Source: Promethearchaeota archaeon (lineage in GTDB: Archaea > Asgardarchaeota > Lokiarchaeia > Sigyniarchaeales > SOKP01). From it: 48,773 nt of DNA. Position 1 is the first letter of the stretch, and each line of letters opens with the position of its first letter. The stretch covers positions 1 through 48,773 of the forward strand of contig JAEOTS010000026.1 of assembly GCA_016839745.1 (NCBI GenBank), in the 5' to 3' direction. A program made the translations under genes and the position numbers. Shown piece by piece: positions 18,393-27,722 of the stretch. The notes beneath the pieces are model-generated. The model was given only the letters and a program-made list of their open reading frames with translations, made no database searches and was not told the origin of the DNA.

Positions 18393-19640
18393 ATGAGCAA
18401 TAAAGAAGAATCTGTTTTAGTTGCTGGTTTCAACACTCGCCCTTTAGTTTATTCTTTAAACAGAGCAGGGTTTGAAGTGTATGCAGTTGATTTCTTTGGC
18501 GACTTAGACCTTTATTCCTATGTTAAAGATTGTTTAATACTTACCAAGAAGTTAAGCGTAGACTATGATGTAATTAAAAATATTTATAGTGAATACCTCC
18601 CCATCTTAATTCTAGAGCTCTTAGACAAATATCCTGAAATCAAATATCTGATTATTGGAAGTGGTTTAGACGACGCTATAGAAGAGAGAGCTCTCATTTT
18701 AAAAGAGATAAATCGAAAGAAATACAGAATTCTTAACCTTAATAACGAATTAGAAGCTATTAAAAAGAGCAGAGATACAGACTTCATTTTAAATATTTTA
18801 ATAAAAGGAGGTTTTGATGTTCCAAGAACAGTTCCCTTCGAAGAAGTTAGGTCTAAAGTTAACGAGTTAGAATACCCATTTATTTTAAAGAAAGGGAGTG
18901 GTTCTGGTGGAACAAATGTATATAAAATACAAAACAAATCCGATCTCTCCTTTACCATCAACCTAATTAATAGAGAAACTTTCGATCCAAAAGATTGGCT
19001 AATGCAAGAATATATAGAAGGAAATCCGGTAAGTTGTACGACAATATCTAACGGAGTAGAAACCAAAGTAATTTCGGTAAATAATCAGGTAGTGGGAGAT
19101 AAATATCTGAATGCTCCAAAAGAATTTATGTATTGTGGGAATATAGTTCCTGCTAATTTATTTGAAGAAGAAAAGAAGTTGATAGTTGATATTTCGTTAA
19201 AGTTATCGACAGAGTTAGGTTTAAAGGGAATTAACGGGTTTGATTTCGTTTTAAGAAACCACTATCCATATTTAATGGAGATCAATCCCCGAATTCCGGG
19301 ATCAATTAGAGCTTCTGAAGAAGCAATGAACATAAATCTATTAGATTTGCATATAAAGAGTTTTACAGACAAGGGGTGGGAATTCGTCAAAAAGACGCTG
19401 AAGGATGCGAAATTCGAAAATTTTTCAACTAAGATTATTTTCTTTGCTCCTAAAGAAATCGATAAAATTTTATTGAAAAAAATTAACGACCTGGAATATG
19501 TTCACGATAAGTCGGAACCAGTCAAGAACATTTACAAAAACGAGCCAGTTTGTACTATCTTATTTAAGGCTAAATCTTTTTCTGATTCTTATTTGGGTAG
19601 TTTAAAAGTAGTAGAAAAGATAAAAAAGATAATCAAATAG
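18393..19640 (+). CDS. ATP-grasp domain ligase (archaeal COG2232-like)
   Basis: AGFNTRP, VDFFGDLD, PFILKKGSGSGG, MQEYIEG, GINGFDF, MEINPR. Confidence 0.85.
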   Translation: MSNKEESVLVAGFNTRPLVYSLNRAGFEVYAVDFFGDLDLYSYVKDCLILTKKLSVDYDVIKNIYSEYLPILILELLDKYPEIKYLIIGSGLDDAIEERALILKEINRKKYRILNLNNELEAIKKSRDTDFILNILIKGGFDVPRTVPFEEVRSKVNELEYPFILKKGSGSGGTNVYKIQNKSDLSFTINLINRETFDPKDWLMQEYIEGNPVSCTTISNGVETKVISVNNQVVGDKYLNAPKEFMYCGNIVPANLFEEEKKLIVDISLKLSTELGLKGINGFDFVLRNHYPYLMEINPRIPGSIRASEEAMNINLLDLHIKSFTDKGWEFVKKTLKDAKFENFSTKIIFFAPKEIDKILLKKINDLEYVHDKSEPVKNIYKNEPVCTILFKAKSFSDSYLGSLKVVEKIKKIIK

Positions 19641-19648
19641 CCTAAGAA

Positions 19649-20386
19649 TTATTGTTTAATAATCGATTTGATTTTAGCTATATGACTTCTTAGGATTTTC
19701 TCATCTCCTTCAGACACAGCAATTGCGAGTATCCTACTCTCGTCTAATTCGTGGATAATAATCGAACCATGATCTCCTCCAATTATCGAGAATTCTAAAC
19801 CTCCATCTAATAATATTCCTGCTAAATTATAAATCGCGGAAGTCATTGCGGATATAATCGGTTCAGGCATAGTAGATTGAACTTTAATGGGTAAACCATC
19901 TTTTGTGATGATGGCGATGACTAACGCATTTGGAATTGCTCTTTTAAGAGCCACAAAGATTTCTTCCTTGATGAGATCGCTCGTTTCTATAATTGCAGAC
20001 ATTCTTATAGCAAATTTTCTCAGTGATCGTATGTAAGAATCTAACCCTTCAAGTTCTGCTAATTCCCTATCTAAATAGGCGATTAGGGCCATATAATCTG
20101 TTAAAATTGATAGGATTATTCTTTTTTGTCCAGTAATTAAGGTATACGAGCTTTTTTGGTTTAAAGAGTCGATTAACATTTTAGACGAAAGGAACACCAA
20201 GCTACTACTCGCAGCAGAGAGTTCAGATTTTGTCATCTTGATATCTTCTTTTAACTCACTCACAATATGTGTTCCTCCGTGCGTTGAGATAGAAATACCG
20301 AGAATGCTTTTCTGGTCTTTAATTTCGTTATTTAATAAATCTGTTAACTCATAATTTAATTGTTTCATATGGTCTTCTTTAGACAT
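19649..20386 (-). CDS. Tandem roadblock/LC7 (LAMTOR/MglB-like) domain protein
   Basis: Two ~120-aa units: ILGISISTHGG...ELSAASSSL and ALVIAIITKDGLPI...IISAMTSAI...IIGGDHGSIII. Confidence 0.85.
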   Translation of the reverse strand: MSKEDHMKQLNYELTDLLNNEIKDQKSILGISISTHGGTHIVSELKEDIKMTKSELSAASSSLVFLSSKMLIDSLNQKSSYTLITGQKRIILSILTDYMALIAYLDRELAELEGLDSYIRSLRKFAIRMSAIIETSDLIKEEIFVALKRAIPNALVIAIITKDGLPIKVQSTMPEPIISAMTSAIYNLAGILLDGGLEFSIIGGDHGSIIIHELDESRILAIAVSEGDEKILRSHIAKIKSIIKQ

Positions 20387-20587
20387 GAGAATATAATAAT
20401 ACTAATCAAATTTAAAGATATTCTTATAATGGTAAAAATAGATTTTAAAAATAAATCTTCATTTGCATTTCCTTTTTTTCCTAATTTAATCATGTTGGTA
20501 TCTTTTTTTACCTAAAATTATAAAGAAATTCTTTTATTATTATTCATAAAATATATCGGAAATTCTAATTAATCGAGAGAAGTTAAA

Positions 20588-21469
20588 ATGGGAGACGAAG
20601 ATATTATTCGTGAAGCACTGGAAGAATTAAAAAAAGCAAAAATAAAAATTGAGGATTTAGAACATACATTAAAGATCAAGGAAGAAATGATAAACAATTT
20701 AACCACATCTCTAAGTCTGAAAGACGATCAAATAAAGACAATGATAGACTCAATGAACTTAAAAGAGCAGCAAATTGATACGCTAAGTAAATCTTTAGAA
20801 ATCAAAAACCAGAAAATCAAAACTTTAGAGACATCTTTCAGTTTAAAGGAAGAAGAATTGAGAGAATTGAGCTCTTCTACTGTAAAAAAAAACCTTATAG
20901 AAGAGAAGGATGAAGAAATAGAAGAATGTCATAAAAAGCTAACTATTTTAACGGGGGAATTAGAAAAAGCCGATGAAGATTTAGAAGCGTTAGAAGCTGA
21001 AAATGAAAAATTACGGAATAACCTTGCTTCTGAATCTGATGTAAAAATTATCGATTCTACTTTCAGAAAAATTCCGAAAGCAGATATTTTGAAAAAAATT
21101 AGGGAGATACTAGGGAATGCGGTTCACAATGTCACAATTTCAGTTCTTGATATTAACGATCTACAAGATTTACACCTCTATGAGGTTCGTTCTTCTGTTA
21201 ATATGAAAATAATGTGTAACATCGATCCAAGTCGAGAGGACGATGCTGAGCTTTTAGAGGAATTAGAAAGTTTGGATAATATTTCAATTAGATTATATGA
21301 AGATCGCGATAGATTCTTAATTGATCGTGATGGTGAGGAATTATTATTTTCAATTGTTGGTGAGGGGGAAAACAACAATTTAGTGCTCTACACAAAAGAT
21401 GTAAAACACCAGAGATTACTACGAAGTTTGGTTATGGAAGGTTGGTTGCGCGCTCGAAAACTAGATTAA
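20588..21469 (+). CDS. Coiled-coil protein with C-terminal TrmB-effector/PLD-like domain
   Basis: N-terminal ~150-aa coiled-coil; C-terminus IREILGNAVHNVTISV...FLIDRDGEELLF...LVMEGW follows the TrmB/PLD-fold pattern without HKD. Confidence 0.6.
   Translation: MGDEDIIREALEELKKAKIKIEDLEHTLKIKEEMINNLTTSLSLKDDQIKTMIDSMNLKEQQIDTLSKSLEIKNQKIKTLETSFSLKEEELRELSSSTVKKNLIEEKDEEIEECHKKLTILTGELEKADEDLEALEAENEKLRNNLASESDVKIIDSTFRKIPKADILKKIREILGNAVHNVTISVLDINDLQDLHLYEVRSSVNMKIMCNIDPSREDDAELLEELESLDNISIRLYEDRDRFLIDRDGEELLFSIVGEGENNNLVLYTKDVKHQRLLRSLVMEGWLRARKLD
20669..20878 (+). repeat. Five tandem 14-residue (42-nt) coding repeats
   Basis: LKIKEEMINNLTTS/LSLKDDQIKTMIDS/MNLKEQQIDTLSKS/LEIKNQKIKTLETS/FSLKEEELRELSSS. 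Confidence 0.8.
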
Positions 21470-21495
21470 AAGAGTTAAATTACGCGATTTCTAGA

Positions 21496-22356
21496 TTAAA
21501 AATCAACATACGATCTTTTTCTTTTTTCAAAATGGGCGAGTTGATTATAACCAATATTTTTCAATAAATTCGTTGTTTCTTTAAATTTATATGCGATTTC
21601 TTTCGGTTGGTGAGCGTCTGAACCGAGGAGAACAGGAATATCTAAATTATACATTTCCCTAATAATTTCTTCGCTAGGGTATTGTTCTTTAACCTCTTTC
21701 CTCAAACCACTTGTATTAATTTCAATAATAAGATCATGTTTTTTAACCAATTCAAGAGTTTCGATAACTTTTTCCATTACCATATCTTTATCTTCAGCTC
21801 TTTTATCAAATTTTTTCGGTAAATCGAAGTGTGTCACTATATCTAATTCAAATGTAGGTGATTTAATCATATCCTGTAAAGAATTGTAGAATTCTATATA
21901 GATTTCGTCGTTAATAGAATATTCTTTATATTTATTTAAGAAACGCCCATCATCGAAGGCGAATGTGCCTGCTTTTCCGAAAAGAACATGAACAGATCCT
22001 AAAATATAATCTAGTTTATCAATGTATTTTTTTAAATATTTATTGAGTACGTAGTCTTGGTGTTTGAAGTAGTCAATCTCGAAAGCAAACCTAACATGTA
22101 TTTGATCTACATATTTCTCTCTTAACTTTTCTAATTGAAACATATAACTCTCTAAATCATATAAGGGCATTGCATACTCTTCATATGGAATTTGATCAAG
22201 TGTGGGAAGCTCTGAAATTAAATATTCATAAGGAAAGTGATCGCTAATTCCAATAACATTTAAATTGAATTCAATAGCCTTTTTTATGTAATCTTCGATA
22301 GTTCCAACAGCATGTTTACATAGATAGTTATGAGTATGCCAATCTTCGTATCGCAT
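21496..22356 (-). CDS. PHP-family histidinol-phosphatase (HisJ/HisK-like)
   Basis: DWHTH, ISDH, LGSVH, THFDLPK, EINTSG, GSDAH. Confidence 0.9.
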   Translation of the reverse strand: MRYEDWHTHNYLCKHAVGTIEDYIKKAIEFNLNVIGISDHFPYEYLISELPTLDQIPYEEYAMPLYDLESYMFQLEKLREKYVDQIHVRFAFEIDYFKHQDYVLNKYLKKYIDKLDYILGSVHVLFGKAGTFAFDDGRFLNKYKEYSINDEIYIEFYNSLQDMIKSPTFELDIVTHFDLPKKFDKRAEDKDMVMEKVIETLELVKKHDLIIEINTSGLRKEVKEQYPSEEIIREMYNLDIPVLLGSDAHQPKEIAYKFKETTNLLKNIGYNQLAHFEKRKRSYVDF

Positions 22357-22718
22357 TTTAATTAAAGCTCGGCGGGAATAATATTATTCTAATATTTGAT
22401 ACAATTAATTAAATTAGATAAAATTTTTTATTATATTGTTTTAAGGGAAAAACCTAATGGAATTTAAAGAAAAACAATATGATGGATTATACACCATAGT
22501 TTTTTATTCATAAAACTGTAAGTAATATAGACCTCGTGGTTTTTAATAATATGTCTCACGATCCTATTCAAGAGGATTACGCCGTTAAAATGAAAGAGGA
22601 AATAAAATAATTTTTTTTTGAAATTTATTAATATATCTATCTTAAATTATATTTTTAATAAGGCAAAATTTTTTAAGACGATAAAGAAATAATAATCTTA
22701 CTACAGACATTTTTTAAT

Positions 22719-25700
22719 TTGGGTGAGAATAATTTGAGTTCAATTAAAAAATCTAATTTAAATATTAATGAGTTAATATCGGAAGACGAAAAGCTTACGT
22801 TTTTAGTAGGGGCTGGAGCTTCAGTTGAATCTCCTTCACAATTACCTGCAGCGAGTGAAACGATTAAAGCACTCATTAAATTTTCATGTGCCAAGTCAGA
22901 AATAGATAAAATCTTGAAAATACAAGATTTACCATTTGAAATTTTAGCAGGAATTATTCTTGAATCATTGGATGATGTGAAATTTCTGGATTTTTATCAA
23001 GAAAGTGATAAACCCAACCTTGAACATTTTGTTTTAGCTGAAATGATCAAGAAAGGGCACTTCATTATAACTACCAACTTCGATTTTTTACTAGAATATG
23101 CTCTTCTACAATCGGACATTCCTAAAAAGAAAATCATTCCGGTAATAACGGAAAAGGATTATGAGAGATTCAGTGATCCAGAAAAGTTGTATCGGAGCGG
23201 AAAATTTCCTGTTTATAAAATTCATGGTTCTCCTAAAAATATAATCACAGGAGAAGATACAAGAAAATCTTTCATAAATACTTTAAAATTAATCGGATTA
23301 AACCAGACTAAGAACAATATTATCCAACTTGAACCCTATAAAGCTCAATTCTTAGAAAAAACCTCATCAGAACGCACACTTATAATAATGGGATATTCAG
23401 GTAAGAATGATTATGATCTCATTTCGACACTTAAAATCATGGACGATTTGAAAAATCTAATTTGGATAAATCATGTTTCAGATAGTAGAGCTAAAGAAGA
23501 TCTTTATGAATTTGGGAAACCAAAAAGTAGCGAAATAAGCGAAATGGATGATTTAGATCAAAGTCTTTTAGATATTAAGAGATTAAACGAATCTGTTAAT
23601 GTATACAGACTAAATGTCAATACCCCTAAATTTCTTGAGAAACTCTTAAAGACTAAAGAGGAGTTAAGCAAAGATAAATTCGATATTGATTTAATGGAAT
23701 GGTTTAAATCTAACGTTAATGAACCAAGCGAAATAATAAAGTTATACATTTCGAATAAAATTTATTTCGAAACTAAAAATTATAATGATTCGTTAAGATG
23801 TTTAGAAAGAATTTTTCGAATAGGCGAAGACTCAGGAGATAATCAGTGGAAAGCAATTTCCCTTATGGAAATGGGCATTATCAATTACGCACAAATGAAT
23901 CATAAGGATGCGTTAGAATGGTTGCGGAAAGCTTTACAAGTTCAGCTCAAAATTAAGATATTTCCTCAAAGAGTAACTATTTTCAAGTACTTAGGTCTTT
24001 CTTACCAAGCTCAACAAAATTATACTGAAGCAATTAGAAATTTTGAATTTGCCTTAAAAGAGAATGAAAAAATCAAGGATTTTAACGAAAAATCTAAAAT
24101 ATTAAAGCATCTTGGCATAGTATACCAAAACCAGGAAAATTACGAGGAAGCTTTGAAATATTTTGAATCTGCCATTAAATTTAATGAGAGATCCGAAAAT
24201 CTCACTGAAAAAGCTATGAATTATAAACTCAAGGGTAAAATTTACTATTCAAAAAAGAATTACGAAGAAGCCCTTAACCAATTTAAGCAAGCTCTGGAGC
24301 TTAGTGAAACTTTAGAAAATCTCGAAGATAAAGCAGAAATTCTAAATATTCTAGGCCGAATATCTCATGAGATGGGAGATTCGCTCACTGGCCTGGAAAA
24401 ATGCAATGAAGCGTTAAGACTCTATGATTTATTGCAAAAGAAAGAAGGAATTCTATTCGCTCTAAATTCTATTGGTATTATTTATAGTGATCAATGGAAT
24501 TATCCAAAAGCGTTCGAGAACTTTGAAGAAGGGTTTCAAATTGCGGAAAAAATGGGGAACAATCTACTACAAGCCAAATTTTCAAACCAGATAGGCTCAA
24601 TATTTCAAAAACAAGATAAGCATTTAGAAGCCTTAAAATGGTTCGAAGATTCCTTACAATTCTATGACCAAGCAGGAGAAGTTAAGGGTAAAGTTGATGT
24701 CTTAAGAAATATGGGATTAATATACAAGGAACAGAAATCTTACATAAAGGCTTTAAAGCGATTTGAAAACGCATTCGAAATATTTGAACAACTAGAAGAC
24801 TTAAACAATCAAGCATCTACTCTTACTATTATTGGACAAATCTATCTAGATCAAAGAAATTTCGCAGCGTCGTTAAGTAATTTTGAAGAAGCTTTCCGAA
24901 TTTATGGAGAAACGGAAAATCTTGAAGGAAATGCAGAAATTCTGAAAAATATTGGAAATTACTACGCTGAACAAGCTAATTTTAAAGATGCTTTGAGTAG
25001 GTATAAAGATGCTCTTGAGATTATCAAAAAAATTGGGAAAGTTGATAAAAAAGCCGAACTTCTAAATATGACTGGGATAATTTTCCAAGATCAAGGAGAC
25101 TATTCACAAGCTCAGCAAAAATTTGAGGAAGCATTTGAGATATTCAGTAAAGATAATAATATGGAAGGTAAAATTGAGAGTCTTCATTTAATCGGTAAAA
25201 ATTATCATTATATAGGAAAGGACAGTTTAGCATTAGATAAATTTGAGGAAGCGATTAGAATTGCTGAGCAGATTGGAAATTTACATAAAAAAGCAGTCTG
25301 TTTGAACATCACAGGTAAGATTTTTCGAGAACAATGGGATTTTGTTGAAGCTTTAAAACGCTACGAAGAAGCTTTGCTTATCGCAGATCAATTAGGTCAT
25401 TTGGAAGAGCAAGTTGAAATCCTTAATATCATTGGTGAGATTTATCAAGCTCAAAAGCATTATCCCGAAGCCGTAAGGAGATTTAACGAGGCAATATATG
25501 TTGCAGAAAGCTTAGGAAATCTTGAAATTAAAGCGGATATTTTTGCGAGTATAGGTGATATTTATTATGACGAGGATAATTATCTTGAAGCGTTAAAGTT
25601 ATACGAAGAAGCATTAAGCATTGATGAACAACTCGGAAACATGAAAGGAAAAGCTAATAGACTTCTTTGTATCGGTAATATATTCCTTGTCCGTAAAAAG

Positions 25701-26786
25701 TACCCCGAAGTTTTAAATAGATATAAAGAAGCTCTAGTAATTGAAGAACAACTAGGTAATCTTACAAACCAAGCAACAATTGTACGTAAGATTGGAGATA
25801 TCTTTAGGGATCAAGAACATTATCAAGAGTCTTTAAAATGGTATCAAGAAGCATATAAACTCTTCGACGAAATTGAAAACCTTGAAGGCAATGCGGATTG
25901 TTTTGAAAGCATCGGGTTAATTTATCAAGAATTAGACAATCATCCTGAAGCTCTCAAGTGGAACAATGAAGCATTTAAAATTTCAGAACAAATCTATGAT
26001 GAGGAAAGAAAAGCGCGAATTCTTTGTAGAATCGGTGTGCTCTTTCACAAACAGGGTGTGTATAAAGATGCGTTTAAGCGTTATAATTTAGCACTTGAGA
26101 TATTTGATCAAATTGGTGACTTAAATGGTAAATCATACTGTTTGAATAAAATAGGGTTAGTGTATCAAGACCGTGGCGATTATAACCAAGCACTTAAGTG
26201 GTACGATCGTGGAACAAAACTATTTAAAGTTTTAGGTCCATCAGATGAGAGAGCTGAAAATCTATTTAATACTGCTATGATCTATAGAGATCAGGGATTA
26301 TACCTTGACGCATTGAAGACATTCGAAGAATCTCTGAACATAGATGAGGAGTTAAAAAATTATTCCCGAAAAGCAGAAAGCCTTAATAACATAGGTTTAA
26401 TATATTTAGATGAAGGTAATTATCCCGTTGCGTTAAAACGCTTTGAAGAAGCAGCAAAAATAGCAGATCGGAACGAAGACAGGAAAAATAACGCTAAATA
26501 TTTAAATAATGTAGGTTTAGCTTTTCTAAACGATGGGAAATATACCGAAGCATGGAAAAAATGTAATCAGGCTCTAAAAATATACGAGGAGCTTGAAGAA
26601 AGTGAAGGAATCGCTGAAAGTCAATATAGATTAGGATTAACTTACCTAGAACAGAAGTCTTATGCTGAAGCTTTAAAAAACCATCAAGACGCACTTAATA
26701 CGCTTATTCAAGCAGGTTCGGAAAAATCTCCTGTTGTAAAGGTTCTTAAAAGCAATATAAAGTTAATTAAAAGCAAAACGAAATAA
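22719..26786 (+). CDS. SIR2-like domain fused to ~25 TPR repeats
   Basis: FLVGAGAS, PNLEH, ITTNFD, KIHGS, MGYSG; then ~1000 aa of 40-residue TPR-like repeats (KA..L..IG.IY..Q..Y.EAL..FEEAL.I). Confidence 0.9.
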   Translation: MGENNLSSIKKSNLNINELISEDEKLTFLVGAGASVESPSQLPAASETIKALIKFSCAKSEIDKILKIQDLPFEILAGIILESLDDVKFLDFYQESDKPNLEHFVLAEMIKKGHFIITTNFDFLLEYALLQSDIPKKKIIPVITEKDYERFSDPEKLYRSGKFPVYKIHGSPKNIITGEDTRKSFINTLKLIGLNQTKNNIIQLEPYKAQFLEKTSSERTLIIMGYSGKNDYDLISTLKIMDDLKNLIWINHVSDSRAKEDLYEFGKPKSSEISEMDDLDQSLLDIKRLNESVNVYRLNVNTPKFLEKLLKTKEELSKDKFDIDLMEWFKSNVNEPSEIIKLYISNKIYFETKNYNDSLRCLERIFRIGEDSGDNQWKAISLMEMGIINYAQMNHKDALEWLRKALQVQLKIKIFPQRVTIFKYLGLSYQAQQNYTEAIRNFEFALKENEKIKDFNEKSKILKHLGIVYQNQENYEEALKYFESAIKFNERSENLTEKAMNYKLKGKIYYSKKNYEEALNQFKQALELSETLENLEDKAEILNILGRISHEMGDSLTGLEKCNEALRLYDLLQKKEGILFALNSIGIIYSDQWNYPKAFENFEEGFQIAEKMGNNLLQAKFSNQIGSIFQKQDKHLEALKWFEDSLQFYDQAGEVKGKVDVLRNMGLIYKEQKSYIKALKRFENAFEIFEQLEDLNNQASTLTIIGQIYLDQRNFAASLSNFEEAFRIYGETENLEGNAEILKNIGNYYAEQANFKDALSRYKDALEIIKKIGKVDKKAELLNMTGIIFQDQGDYSQAQQKFEEAFEIFSKDNNMEGKIESLHLIGKNYHYIGKDSLALDKFEEAIRIAEQIGNLHKKAVCLNITGKIFREQWDFVEALKRYEEALLIADQLGHLEEQVEILNIIGEIYQAQKHYPEAVRRFNEAIYVAESLGNLEIKADIFASIGDIYYDEDNYLEALKLYEEALSIDEQLGNMKGKANRLLCIGNIFLVRKKYPEVLNRYKEALVIEEQLGNLTNQATIVRKIGDIFRDQEHYQESLKWYQEAYKLFDEIENLEGNADCFESIGLIYQELDNHPEALKWNNEAFKISEQIYDEERKARILCRIGVLFHKQGVYKDAFKRYNLALEIFDQIGDLNGKSYCLNKIGLVYQDRGDYNQALKWYDRGTKLFKVLGPSDERAENLFNTAMIYRDQGLYLDALKTFEESLNIDEELKNYSRKAESLNNIGLIYLDEGNYPVALKRFEEAAKIADRNEDRKNNAKYLNNVGLAFLNDGKYTEAWKKCNQALKIYEELEESEGIAESQYRLGLTYLEQKSYAEALKNHQDALNTLIQAGSEKSPVVKVLKSNIKLIKSKTK

Positions 26787-26990
26787 AATTTTACTTCCTA
26801 TTTTTAAATTTAATTCATTTTTATTTCTGAATTGTTATTTCTATTTTCTTTGGTGTTCCATTTTTAATTTTCTCGAAAAACAAGGGCAATACTTTATCAT
26901 ATCTATAAAGTTAAAAAGGTTTTTAAAGATGTGAGATCATTAATATATTTAATATTAGGAGATTACGCTTAGATTATAATTCTACTGCTT

Positions 26991-27653
26991 TTAAGGGCGA
27001 TTCATATTCATATGTCTCTGAATGAAACTAGTCACTTCACTAGCAGGTTTTATAATTCCAAAATGACCTTCGCAGAGAATATCCGCATTCAAATCTAAGA
27101 GTCGTTGCATTGATTTTTGATAATCCTCAAGGTTCGATCCGAACGATTTATAAAAAGGACCATGAATATCTTGACCAAAAAGGATCTTGGTACTCTCAAC
27201 TTCAACCAAAACGGAAATAGATCCTGGAGTGTGCCCTGGAGTGTGAATGCACTGGAACTCGTATATTCCTAATTGAAGGTTTTCTAAGTCTCCTTTTAAT
27301 CTTTTTTCTAATTTAATTGGTTTATAATCAACTCCATACCAGGAAGCGGCCGTTTTGCTATCGTGACCTTTTTCTTCTATAGCATCAGCGTCTAAATCGT
27401 GAGCATAAAATTTAACTTGTTTACTCAGATTTTTCAAATCAGAACAAGCTGCAGTATGGTCTATGTGAAAATGAGTTAATATACAGTGTTTAATATTATT
27501 TGCATTTAATCCTAACTTACTAATTCTTTTTATTAAGTCAATACTCATTCCACTGTCTATTAAAACAAGACCATCCTCGCTCTGGGAGTTTACTAAGTAA
27601 ACAGAACACCCTGAATCGCCAAGGTGATAAACATTTTTAATAATTTCTTTCAT
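26991..27653 (-). CDS. MBL-fold metallo-hydrolase (glyoxalase II-like)
   Basis: LIDSG, THFHIDH, TPGHTPG, FGQD, EGH. Confidence 0.9.
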   Translation of the reverse strand: MKEIIKNVYHLGDSGCSVYLVNSQSEDGLVLIDSGMSIDLIKRISKLGLNANNIKHCILTHFHIDHTAACSDLKNLSKQVKFYAHDLDADAIEEKGHDSKTAASWYGVDYKPIKLEKRLKGDLENLQLGIYEFQCIHTPGHTPGSISVLVEVESTKILFGQDIHGPFYKSFGSNLEDYQKSMQRLLDLNADILCEGHFGIIKPASEVTSFIQRHMNMNRP

Positions 27654-27722
27654 TCTAACTGTATCTCTCTGAATATCTATCTAATTAAACATATTTGGAA
27701 AATAAAAAAAAACTTTATTGAA

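Noticed and set aside
22457-22610. Possible frameshifted mini-gene (MEFKEKQYDGLYTIVF / IHKTVSNIDLVVFNNMSHDPIQEDYAVKMKEEIK) across a T6 run
   Set aside because: Too short and no recognisable family; cannot be told apart from chance.
22719-23700. Classical sirtuin deacylase (CobB)
   Set aside because: It lacks the Zn-binding Cys pairs and the QNID motif; TTNFD/HGS indicate the SIR2_2-type subgroup.
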